Assembly: GCA_965249275.1 (NCBI GenBank)
Contig: CBDFLQ010000006.1
Location: 640,434 to 704,433, forward strand
DNA length: 64,000 nucleotides
Reading direction: 5' to 3'
Source: Dehalococcoidia bacterium
GTDB lineage: Bacteria > Chloroflexota > Dehalococcoidia > Plut-88900
Shown here: one piece after another, positions 19,963-27,589 of the stretch
Position numbering within the stretch: position 1 is the stretch's first letter
Layout: every line of letters begins with the position of its first letter
Position numbers and translations under genes: made by a program
Notes under the pieces: model-generated
Database searches by the model: none
What the model was told of the DNA's origin: nothing
Seen by the model: the letters and a program-made list of their open reading frames with translations, nothing else

Positions 19963-20127
19963 TTATCCGTCGCTCAAGCCCGATACAATTGTGATCTCTT
20001 CAAGGGCCTTGCGGCAGTCGGGGCAGCGGCGTGTCTTGTACATCCGGATCGTAGCGTCGATGTCCATGTATTCCTTGTCCCGCGGGACCTTGCTCCAGAT
20101 CACGTCGCAGGAATTGCAGATCAACAC
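19963..20127 (-). CDS. Candidate small zinc-ribbon protein (about 54 aa, GTG start) upstream of the envelope operon
   Basis: Hand translation gives VLICNSCDVIWSKVPRDKEYMDIDATIRMYKTRRCPDCRKALEEITIVSGLSDG, with a CxxC…CxxC pattern. It is not in the ORF track because it has no ATG start. Confidence 0.3.
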   Translation of the reverse strand: MLICNSCDVIWSKVPRDKEYMDIDATIRMYKTRRCPDCRKALEEITIVSGLSDG

Positions 20128-20179
20128 GTTGGCATTCGCTGAATATTAGCCTCCCTAGTCGGCCCCGCGTAACAACTAA

Positions 20180-20400
20180 TTTTATCACACCCCTTTCCGT
20201 CATCCTCGAGTCCGATTTGGGATCCATCTCAGCGGGCGGGGGGCCGTTCGCCCTGAGCGTAGTCGAAGGGTCTCAAGAACGGAATGGGGCGGGGATTCCG
20301 CTCGCCCTATCGAAGATGCGCCGTGGCGTGAGCGCGCTGTAAGTCCGCCGAGGCGGATCGAAGGGTCTCAAGACCGGAATGGGGCGGGCCTCCCCCCGAC
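20180..20400. repeat. Intergenic repeat family A, two tandem copies, plus family-B-related flank
   Basis: Core gtcgaagggtctcaagaacggaatggggcgggg at 20263 and atcgaagggtctcaagaccggaatggggcgggcc at 20357. The string gattccgctcgccctatcg…gccgaggcgg is shared with the 16650 copy. Confidence 0.5.
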
Positions 20401-20463
20401 GCGCGAAACACGGGCCCGAGCTAAGCTCGGGCCCGTGTCCCAAACTTTGTGCCGAAAGTGCCT

Positions 20464-22260
20464 CTAAGGACTGTACCCCGAACCCCCGGAGCCGCCCTCA
20501 TAGCTGGGCAGCGTATTCACAAGGTAGGCCAGCACGTAGTCGAAATCGTTGTACGAGTCCAAGTAGGACAGACCCGACCTGAAAGACTCCAACCGACTCT
20601 TTAGCGCCCTCAAATCACTGCCTATTAGCGATGCCCCTTCTGCCTCCACGTACGGCAGGCTGCCGTAGCTATCGGAGGCCAGGGCCACTATCGACCCGAA
20701 CCGCAGCAAGTCGTCACCCGAGTCGTCAAATCGGATGTCGTTGTAACCCCGAATCTCCGCGTCCTGCTGCCTCGTTTCCCCGCTGATGGGAGTGACCCAC
20801 CTGACATGCACGTCTCCCAGCCTGATGGGCTGTCCACTCGGGGCTCCGGCCCTGTGAGTCAGCCGTATTTCGTAGAAGACGGTTGTCGCAGTGCCGGATG
20901 GAATCTCCGCAAACTCCTTCCGGTTCTCCTCGAAGGCCTGGTCGGGGGCTATCCGATTCTCGTACCCGACAAGCCGCCACGAATCAACCGACGCAGGGTC
21001 CCACTCCACCTGGGCTCGAGTCTGGTCGGCAAAGGGAGTCGAGATTGTGGTCCAGTTATCCCGGCTGAACGTGGCCCGGGCCTGGCTTGCATCATCCAGA
21101 TACCTGTACCATCCGTTGCCATACTGCGCCAGCTGCTCCAGCAGGTAGTCGTTGTAGTTCTCGATACCCACCCCGATAGTGATAAGCCGCAGCGGATTGT
21201 TGCTTTGCCGGTCGTCCGCCGTCCGCAGGATTGCAAAGGGGTCCGTCGCATCCACGTTGGCAACGCCGTCCGACATCAGGATCACGTAGTTGTAGGAGTC
21301 GGGGCGGTCATACCGCATCCGGTCGGCGATGCGTACGCCCAGGTTAAGTCCGGCCTGCACGTTGGTGCTGTTGTTGGGCCGAAGATTCCCTATGGAATTG
21401 GAGACCGCTCGGTCATCTGGCCTCCGGCTTTCAACCGTGTACCGGCCGATGATGTCATCCGAAAATTGGACGACGGATATGCGATCATTACTCCCAAGGC
21501 TATTTCTTATCGAGTCCGCCGCCGCCCGAGCTATTTCCACCCGGTTCCCACTCGACATTGACCCCGAGGCATCCAGCACCAGTGTTACGTTGAGGGGCCT
21601 GTTATCATCCCTCACGTCCGGGGCCTGGAACGTTATCCGGGCCAGGTGCATCTCGCTCTGCAGCGGGTGCTCCACCAGCGCCGAGGAGATTGCAAAGCTG
21701 TTGTTGTCTCTCGGCCGCGCGTACTGGTAGTTGAAAGCGTTGACCCATTCTTCCGCTCTCACTGAGTCCGGGTCGACCTGGTATCCTTCCCTCGCCCAGT
21801 TCAGAGCAAGCTGGAACGACGTGCGGTCGGTGTCCAGGCTGAACGTGGAAGTTCTGTCCCGAGATGTCGCAACCAACGGGCTGCGCCGGTAGTCCTGGAA
21901 AGTTGTCGCCGCAGGCACGGCGGTCGGGAACGGCGCTTCTGCACTGTCTGCGCCTGAACGGGCCCATGCAAACGGGGTTGGTTCCGGCATCGCCGTCGCC
22001 CCTACAGAATAGGATGAAGAGCTATCTTGACCGGAGTCGGCGCTTTCGGCCATCGCTGTCGGCTCTGGCATCGCCATCGCCGGCACCGCAGTTGATGTGG
22101 CCCTCACCTCGTACGAATCCGAGTCGGGCGTATAGGAAGTACTATCTTGTCGCTCCCTCATCGCCCCGGGCGTTGCCGTCGCACCTTCTGCACAAGCGAA
22201 CCCCACTATCGCCACCACCATTGTCAAAATCAGGGCCATTGCTAAATGTCTAAACAGCAT
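20464..22260 (-). CDS. Secreted von Willebrand factor A (VWA) domain protein, YfbK-like
   Basis: 598 aa. It has a signal peptide, low-complexity Ala/Thr/Pro repeats, and a MIDAS motif (LVLDASGSMSSGNR). VWA-interacting N-terminal and DUF3520-like C-terminal regions flank the VWA domain. Confidence 0.75.
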   Translation of the reverse strand: MLFRHLAMALILTMVVAIVGFACAEGATATPGAMRERQDSTSYTPDSDSYEVRATSTAVPAMAMPEPTAMAESADSGQDSSSSYSVGATAMPEPTPFAWARSGADSAEAPFPTAVPAATTFQDYRRSPLVATSRDRTSTFSLDTDRTSFQLALNWAREGYQVDPDSVRAEEWVNAFNYQYARPRDNNSFAISSALVEHPLQSEMHLARITFQAPDVRDDNRPLNVTLVLDASGSMSSGNRVEIARAAADSIRNSLGSNDRISVVQFSDDIIGRYTVESRRPDDRAVSNSIGNLRPNNSTNVQAGLNLGVRIADRMRYDRPDSYNYVILMSDGVANVDATDPFAILRTADDRQSNNPLRLITIGVGIENYNDYLLEQLAQYGNGWYRYLDDASQARATFSRDNWTTISTPFADQTRAQVEWDPASVDSWRLVGYENRIAPDQAFEENRKEFAEIPSGTATTVFYEIRLTHRAGAPSGQPIRLGDVHVRWVTPISGETRQQDAEIRGYNDIRFDDSGDDLLRFGSIVALASDSYGSLPYVEAEGASLIGSDLRALKSRLESFRSGLSYLDSYNDFDYVLAYLVNTLPSYEGGSGGSGYSP

Positions 22261-22339
22261 TTCTCGGACCTCCTTCTGGTCGTGTATAGACTGTTAGACG
22301 TTTAGCCCTTGTCTTTTGTTCCCTTCCGCTCCCACCTCT

Positions 22340-22430
22340 CCATCCATCATTCTCGTGCCCCGACACGGGAATCCACTCCCCAGGCGCGGGGCCGCTCACC
22401 CTGAGCGACGAGTCGAAGGGTCGAGCGAGG
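22340..22430. repeat. Intergenic repeat family A, partial copy (ccgctcaccctgagcgacgagtcgaagggtc)
   Basis: Near-identical to 20244-20273 (ccgttcgccctgagcgtagtcgaagggtc). Confidence 0.45.
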
Positions 22431-22620
22431 GGTGGCCCACCTTTGCCAATCCGTCGCCTGTGCCACCCCACCCACCCCCTACCCCTCCCGATGCCCCGCG
22501 AGGGATCTAAAGCGCCCGCCTGCACAACACAGATGCCTATCCGACCATCCTTGTCCCTCTTCCACCCCCTTCATTCCCGACTCCGATCGGGAATCCATCC
22601 CCCTCCCCCCAGTACTGAAT

Positions 22621-22670
22621 TAGAGGCCCACGTGCGTGCTCTGCACGCACGTGGGCCTCTATTCTTATCT
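22621..22670 (+). terminator. Strong orphan intrinsic-terminator-like hairpin: 19-bp perfect stem with a 3-nt loop, followed by TTCTTATCT
   Basis: tagaggcccacgtgcgtgc-tct-gcacgcacgtgggcctcta is a perfect inverted repeat, then a U-rich tract. No annotated plus-strand gene lies upstream. It is followed by a second 12-bp GC palindrome (22667-22704). Confidence 0.45.
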
Positions 22671-22704
22671 CCCCCTCTCCCTTAATGGCCCTAAGGGAGA
22701 GGGG
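22667..22704. repeat. GC-rich perfect palindrome: tccccctctccc-ttaatggccctaa-gggagaggggga
   Basis: 12-bp arms, read directly from the sequence. Confidence 0.4.
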
Positions 22705-23521
22705 GATCAAGGGGGTGAGGGTTCCCCTGTGGGGCTGGGGCGGTGTCCCCCCAAGTGTGACACGACCCCCTTGACCCGATATGAACATTAGTGCTATTCT
22801 CCCCACCGTTCGAACACCACCCTAACTATCTCAAGGAGGAACCAAAAACCCAGGGAAGCCCACCCGACCCACCCGAGGACTCAACGTCCCAGCCCATCCC
22901 AAAGGGCGGCCCACGCGCCGCCCCACGGCTCAAGCGAAAGCCGCCATCTCCTCATCCATAGGTCCCGGCCCACCCTTCCCCAACCCTGGCGATGGAAGAC
23001 GCCTTGGATTCGTAAAACTGAAGACTCCACCACCTCTTACCAGGTGGTCGAGAGCAGGTCTCCTCTCTTGTGAGTGAGGAGGTCTGAAAAGACCCGACGC
23101 CACCGTGCGAAGCGGGCAGGGCGCTCATTAAGTGCCCACGCGGAGGGGCCGGACCGAGCCGAGAAGTCCTCGGTGTCCCCCGTGTCTAAGTCGTTTCCGC
23201 CGTCGCTCCCGGCTCCCGGACGCTTCGGCAATGTTTGAATTACTACTCCTGTGGGGCCTACAGCTGGACCCGGCCCCCTTAGGCTGCTCTAAAGCAGTAC
23301 AGCCAACCCACGTGTAGGAGCCGTGTCGGACCGCCCGCCCCGGTCGAGTCCATGCAGCAGTCGAGCAAATGGGGCAGCGGCAGGTGCGTCCCCACCCCGG
23401 GACGCCCGAATCCCCGCTGTATCGCAACAGGGGCACCTTCCAAAGAGCGTCTTCCATCGCCAACCCACCAACCAAAAAACCCAAAGCAGTCCCAACCCCC
23501 CACAACTGAATCCCCCACCCC

Positions 23522-23530
23522 TGCTATAAT
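23522..23530 (+). promoter_or_regulatory. Extended -10 promoter TGcTATAAT followed by CGGCTC, 30 nt upstream of the amidohydrolase gene
   Basis: Sequence ctgctataatcggctcatcccctcccccGGAGGccacacATG. A GGAGG ribosome-binding site lies 7 nt from the ATG. Confidence 0.45.
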
Positions 23531-23559
23531 CGGCTCATCCCCTCCCCCGGAGGCCACAC

Positions 23560-24645
23560 ATGAGACCGCCATTTCAGGTCATAGACTCCGACGGCCACAT
23601 CAACGAGCCCGAAGAGATCATCGCTACCTACTTGCCGCCTCCCTACGACGCCTATCTCCACGCCTGGAAGCCCAATGCAGAGGGCGCCATCCACTACAAC
23701 AACACCTTGGTGCCCAAGCAGCCCGGCATGGACCCCACCATGGGCGGCACCCTGGGCACGAACGGCCCTGCAGGTTTCCCCTTCCCATCCGACTGGCTTG
23801 CAATCATGGACGAGGCCGGAGTTGAGAAGACCTACCTCTATCCCACCGCCTTCCTTCCCTACTCCATGATGGTCGACCCCGAATACACCGTCGCCGTGAC
23901 CCGGGCCTACAACTCCTTCATCCACGATCACTGGCTGCAGGTCAACGACAGGTTCGGCGCGGTCGCCGTCATGCCCCTGCTGGACGCCGAGGAGTCCGCC
24001 AAAGAGCTGCGAAGGTCGGTGACAGAGCTCGGTTTTGCGGGGGCATTCACACCCGCCGTGGGCTACGGACTTATCGGCAGGAAGCAGAACCACCCCTTCT
24101 TCGCCGAGGCCCAGGACCTCGACACCACCGTCGCCATCCACGGCGGCCACGCTACGGCCGAATACATCCCCTACACCCGGTTCATCCAGCGCCACGCCGT
24201 AGGATTCCCGGTTTCGCAGATCATCCAGATGACCAGCCTCGCCCTGGAGGGAATCTTCGAGCTATTCCCCACCCTCCGCGTCGCCTTTCTTGAAGCCGGA
24301 TGCACATGGGTGCCCTACATGCTCGACCGGCTCGACGAGGAATGGGAGCTCCGCGGCAAGGTCGAGGCCCCCAACTGCAAGCGCGCTCCCAGCGAGTACC
24401 TACGCGGCAACAACGTATTCGTCCACCTTGAACCCGACGAGAAACTCCTCCCTCAGACCATCGACATCCTCGGCGACGACGCCCTGGTCTACGCCTCCGA
24501 CTGGCCTCACTGGGACAACGACTTCCCCAACAGCATCGACCACATCTGGGGTAGGGAAGACATCACAGAAGGTCAGAAACGGGCCATCCTCAGGGACAAT
24601 CCCCTCGCCATGTACGGCATCAGTGACTCGGAAGGAGGCGTTTAA
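23560..24645 (+). CDS. Amidohydrolase-2 family hydrolase
   Basis: 361 aa. N-terminus VIDSDGHINEP and C-terminus SDWPHWD. Confidence 0.7.
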   Translation: MRPPFQVIDSDGHINEPEEIIATYLPPPYDAYLHAWKPNAEGAIHYNNTLVPKQPGMDPTMGGTLGTNGPAGFPFPSDWLAIMDEAGVEKTYLYPTAFLPYSMMVDPEYTVAVTRAYNSFIHDHWLQVNDRFGAVAVMPLLDAEESAKELRRSVTELGFAGAFTPAVGYGLIGRKQNHPFFAEAQDLDTTVAIHGGHATAEYIPYTRFIQRHAVGFPVSQIIQMTSLALEGIFELFPTLRVAFLEAGCTWVPYMLDRLDEEWELRGKVEAPNCKRAPSEYLRGNNVFVHLEPDEKLLPQTIDILGDDALVYASDWPHWDNDFPNSIDHIWGREDITEGQKRAILRDNPLAMYGISDSEGGV

Positions 24646-25079
24646 TGCCTCGATTCCCCTCTCTGGAATGGTTCGAGGAAGTCCGCCAGGTCTTCAACAG
24701 CGACGACGCCTTTCAGACCGCCGGCGGCGGCTCCTGCGACGCCATCGTCGGGCTCAAGATAGAGAATGAAATCTACGTCATCGTCTTCGAAGGTTTCGAG
24801 TGTAGCTCTGTCAGTCTGGCGGGAGAGGACGATCTCTACGAGGCCGACTTCTACCTCGAAATGACCAGCGACGAGTGGTCGGAAATGATCCTGAATATCT
24901 CCGAACATGGCTCAGCAGACCTGGACCATTCCCTAAACAGCCTGGACCTCAACAAGTCCCCCGACAGCCTCGCCCACTCTCTGAACGAAGACGGGTACCG
25001 CCTGGACTTCTTCTTCCGCTACAACCAGACCTTCCAGTACTTCTTCGACGCCTCCTCCCGCGTCGACACGCAGTTCTAG
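24645..25079 (+). CDS. SCP2-like (sterol carrier protein 2 fold) small protein, translationally coupled via ATGA overlap to the amidohydrolase
   Basis: 144 aa. The pattern LEWFEEV…GG…IVGLKIENEIYVIVFEG…ADFYLEMTSDEWSEMI matches SCP2 topology. Start and stop overlap (TAATG). Confidence 0.4.
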   Translation: MPRFPSLEWFEEVRQVFNSDDAFQTAGGGSCDAIVGLKIENEIYVIVFEGFECSSVSLAGEDDLYEADFYLEMTSDEWSEMILNISEHGSADLDHSLNSLDLNKSPDSLAHSLNEDGYRLDFFFRYNQTFQYFFDASSRVDTQF

Positions 25080-25156
25080 TTCTTCCGCCAACCGTCCACC
25101 TGTCCGGCCCCGGAGACAGTATTCTTGCCTCTTAGCTGTCGCCTCGCTAAACTGTG

Positions 25157-25176
25157 CCTCACAGAACCTGTGAGGC
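25157..25176. promoter_or_regulatory. Candidate operator: inverted repeat cctcacag-aac-ctgtgagg immediately upstream of vapB copy 1
   Basis: Perfect 8-bp inverted repeat overlapping a putative GAGG ribosome-binding site and promoter region. RHH antitoxins typically autoregulate via such palindromes. Confidence 0.35.
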
Positions 25177-25183
25177 TGTGACC

Positions 25184-25465
25184 ATGAAAAACATCACCCT
25201 ATCCATCGATGAACACACCCATCGGCAGGCGCGTATAAGAGCTGCGGAGTTGGGCACTTCGGTGTCCGCTCTGGTCAGAAGCTACCTCCAGTCACTGATA
25301 GCCCAGCCCATTGAAAAACCCGTAGCCAATGGACAGGACACAGAGACTCCCCTTGAGCGTCAACAGCGTCTCAAAGACTTCTTCGAGGGATTCGACGCCA
25401 GAGGCAGAGGAGTATCCGAGATTCTCCCTCGCGAAGCCATCTACGACCGCAATGCGCTTCGTTGA
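25184..25465 (+). CDS. vapB: Ribbon-helix-helix (CopG/VapB-like) antitoxin, copy 1
   Basis: MKNITLSIDEHTHRQARIRAAELGTSVSALVRSYLQSL fits the beta-strand plus two helices of the RHH fold. The start was placed at the internal ATG, which has a GAGG ribosome-binding site. Confidence 0.65.
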   Translation: MKNITLSIDEHTHRQARIRAAELGTSVSALVRSYLQSLIAQPIEKPVANGQDTETPLERQQRLKDFFEGFDARGRGVSEILPREAIYDRNALR

Positions 25466-25484
25466 TACCAACCAGAAACTGTGA
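25452..25484 (+). pseudogene. Vestigial vapC 5' end (MRFVDTNQKL-stop), overlapping the end of vapB copy 1
   Basis: atgcgcttcgttgataccaac… is nearly identical to the intact vapC start at 25769 (atgcgtttcgttgataccaac). It terminates after 10 codons at the duplication junction. Confidence 0.5.
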
Positions 25485-25491
25485 GGCTGTG

Positions 25492-25782
25492 ACCATGAAA
25501 AACATCACCCTATCCATCGATGAACACACCCATCGCCAAGCTCGTATAAGAGCTGCGGAGCTGGGCACTTCAGTGTCGGCGCTCGTCAGAAGCTACCTCC
25601 AGTCACTGATAGCCGAGCCCGTGGAGGAGAAGGTGACTGAAGAGGAGTCGGAGACGCCCATCGAACGTCGGCGCAGACTCCTGAAAGGGGCAGTTGACTC
25701 TATTACCGCAAACGGAGGGGGATTGCGCATGTCAGAGAATCTCCCCCGAGATGCCCTCTATGACCGCAATGCGTTTCGTTGA
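25492..25782 (+). CDS. vapB: RHH (VapB-like) antitoxin, copy 2
   Basis: The N-terminal 40 aa are identical to copy 1; the C-terminal half diverges. The stop overlaps the vapC start by 14 nt. Confidence 0.65.
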   Translation, partial: TMKNITLSIDEHTHRQARIRAAELGTSVSALVRSYLQSLIAEPVEEKVTEEESETPIERRRRLLKGAVDSITANGGGLRMSENLPRDALYDRNAFR

Positions 25783-26182
25783 TACCAACGTCCTGCTCTA
25801 CGCCGCTTGTGCTCTATCCGAGGAGGCTAACAAGCGCCATCGCGCCATCGACCTCCTAAAGGAAGGTGACTTAGCGTTGTCCGTACAGGTAATTCAGGAG
25901 TTCTACTACCAGTCAACTCGGGTGAGTCGTCAGGCACACATAACTCACGAACAAGCCATAAATTTCATTGGGAGCATGGACACCTTTCCGGTACAGCCCA
26001 TTAATCTCGACATCTTCCATGCAGCAGTGTCGATCTCCCAACGCTTCCAGTTGTCATACTGGGACGGTGCAATCCTCGCCGCCGCCCGAGCCCTCCGCTG
26101 TGACGCCGTCTACTCTGAAGATATGAGCTCAGAGCAGGACTACGACGGCCTCCGAGTCATAAACCCGTTCACCGCCCCATAA
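25769..26182 (+). CDS. vapC: PIN-domain ribonuclease toxin VapC
   Basis: MRFVDTNVLLYA…, with conserved acidic residues (D5, E in QEFYYQ, D in WDGAILAAA, D near the C-terminus). The start was chosen at the ATG at 25769, inside the longer ORF 25694. Confidence 0.75.
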   Translation: MRFVDTNVLLYAACALSEEANKRHRAIDLLKEGDLALSVQVIQEFYYQSTRVSRQAHITHEQAINFIGSMDTFPVQPINLDIFHAAVSISQRFQLSYWDGAILAAARALRCDAVYSEDMSSEQDYDGLRVINPFTAP

Positions 26183-26260
26183 CCCTCCCTTGACCCCACC
26201 CCCCACCCCACCCTAAACTCCCCCAAAATCAAGCGTCCCTATCCTTCCGGAGGCACACCC

Positions 26261-27589
26261 ATGTCCACTAACGAGTCCAGAAAATACGTCATAATCGGCG
26301 CGGGAATTCACGGTCTCAGCACCGCGTGGCACCTGGCAATGGACCTCAAGAGCCGTGGCCAAGGCTCCGGCAGGGACATACTGGTCCTCGAAAAGAGCCA
26401 TGTCGGAGCGGGGGCTACAGGCGTAGCCTGCGGCAACGTCCGAAACTTCTACATGACCGAGGCCCTGCACCCCATCCTCAAGCACAGCGTCGACGTCTGG
26501 ATGCACGACCCAATCAACTTCGGGTTTCAGCAGGTGGGATACGTCTCCTGCGGCGAGGCCAACCAGACCCCCGACTTCGAGAAGATGCACAAGTCTCACA
26601 ATTCGGTGGACTACACTTCCAACCTGTACGTCGGCAAGGAGGCCCGAGACTTCCTCACGTCCATCTGGCCCGACTTCAAGACCGATGGCATAGACGTGGC
26701 CCTGGACGAACGTCTTAGCGGTTACGTCGGCACCCGAAACGTTCTCCGCGGTCTGGTGGAGAAATGTGAGCAACACGGGGTCGAGATTCGCACGGGCGTC
26801 GAGGTCACGGGCTACGACACCCGGGCAGGTAGCGTCAAGGCAGTAACCACAAACCAGGGCGAAATCGACTGCGACGCGGTCATCTGGGCCCTCGGCGCCT
26901 GGACTCCCAAGCACTGGGCCATGCTCGGCAAGCCCTCCCACATCGACTGCTCCTACTCGGACGGCTCCATAATCAACAAGGACATGTGGACCTTCTGGAG
27001 ACTCCGGGAAGGCGAGGTCTACTTCGACGAACCCTACGTAACTCCGGAGGGCAAGAATCCCCCCATCCTCCACATCGAGAAGATGAGCACCCCCGTCTAC
27101 GACGAGAGCACTGGCGAGATGCTCCGGGACTACCTGTACGTATACTTCAAGAACGCCAACGAACGGATGGAGAGCCCCGGCCTCCAGGGCGGCATCACAC
27201 CCGTCAAGATTGGCCCCGACGCCGTTGTAGACCCCTACGGCCACTCCAACGAGCTCTACCAGGCCGAGCCCGAGTTCGCCGACTACTTCTGCGCCGCAAT
27301 GGGCGCCACAATGTCCCGTTTCGAAGGCATCAGGTCGTCCTTCAAGCAACGGCCCAACGGCGGCATCGGCGCTTTCACGCCCGACAACCTGCCCGTCCTC
27401 GACTGGGTGGCCCCCAACGTCTACATGATCGAAGACAGCAACCACGGCTTCAAGATGATCGGGATAGGTAAGCTGGTATCCAAGCTCCTGATGGGTGAGG
27501 ATGTCCCGGACCTGAAACCCTTCGCCTTCAGCCGCTACGCCGAGGGCAAGACCTTCGGCAGCAACAACAGCCATTCGCCGTGGGTGTAG
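26261..27589 (+). CDS. FAD-dependent oxidoreductase (DAO family; sarcosine-oxidase-beta/amine oxidase-like)
   Basis: 442 aa. It has the N-terminal dinucleotide-binding motif KYVIIGAGIHGLSTAW and a DAO-family C-terminus. Confidence 0.7.
   Translation: MSTNESRKYVIIGAGIHGLSTAWHLAMDLKSRGQGSGRDILVLEKSHVGAGATGVACGNVRNFYMTEALHPILKHSVDVWMHDPINFGFQQVGYVSCGEANQTPDFEKMHKSHNSVDYTSNLYVGKEARDFLTSIWPDFKTDGIDVALDERLSGYVGTRNVLRGLVEKCEQHGVEIRTGVEVTGYDTRAGSVKAVTTNQGEIDCDAVIWALGAWTPKHWAMLGKPSHIDCSYSDGSIINKDMWTFWRLREGEVYFDEPYVTPEGKNPPILHIEKMSTPVYDESTGEMLRDYLYVYFKNANERMESPGLQGGITPVKIGPDAVVDPYGHSNELYQAEPEFADYFCAAMGATMSRFEGIRSSFKQRPNGGIGAFTPDNLPVLDWVAPNVYMIEDSNHGFKMIGIGKLVSKLLMGEDVPDLKPFAFSRYAEGKTFGSNNSHSPWV

Noticed and set aside
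22700-23520. Search for RNase P RNA, tmRNA, SRP RNA or tRNA in the long C-rich intergenic region
   Set aside because: None of the conserved strings is present on either strand. No GGAAAGUCCGG or ACAGAACCCGGCUUA for RNase P, no GGUUCGAAUCC-type T-arm with a complementary stem, and no SRP domain IV motif. The region is therefore reported only as structured or unknown.
26213-27574. 453-aa minus-strand ORF antisense to the FAD oxidoreductase
   Set aside because: It is fully contained in a gene with a clear GxGxxG FAD motif on the plus strand. It is Gly/Val/Ala-rich shadow translation.
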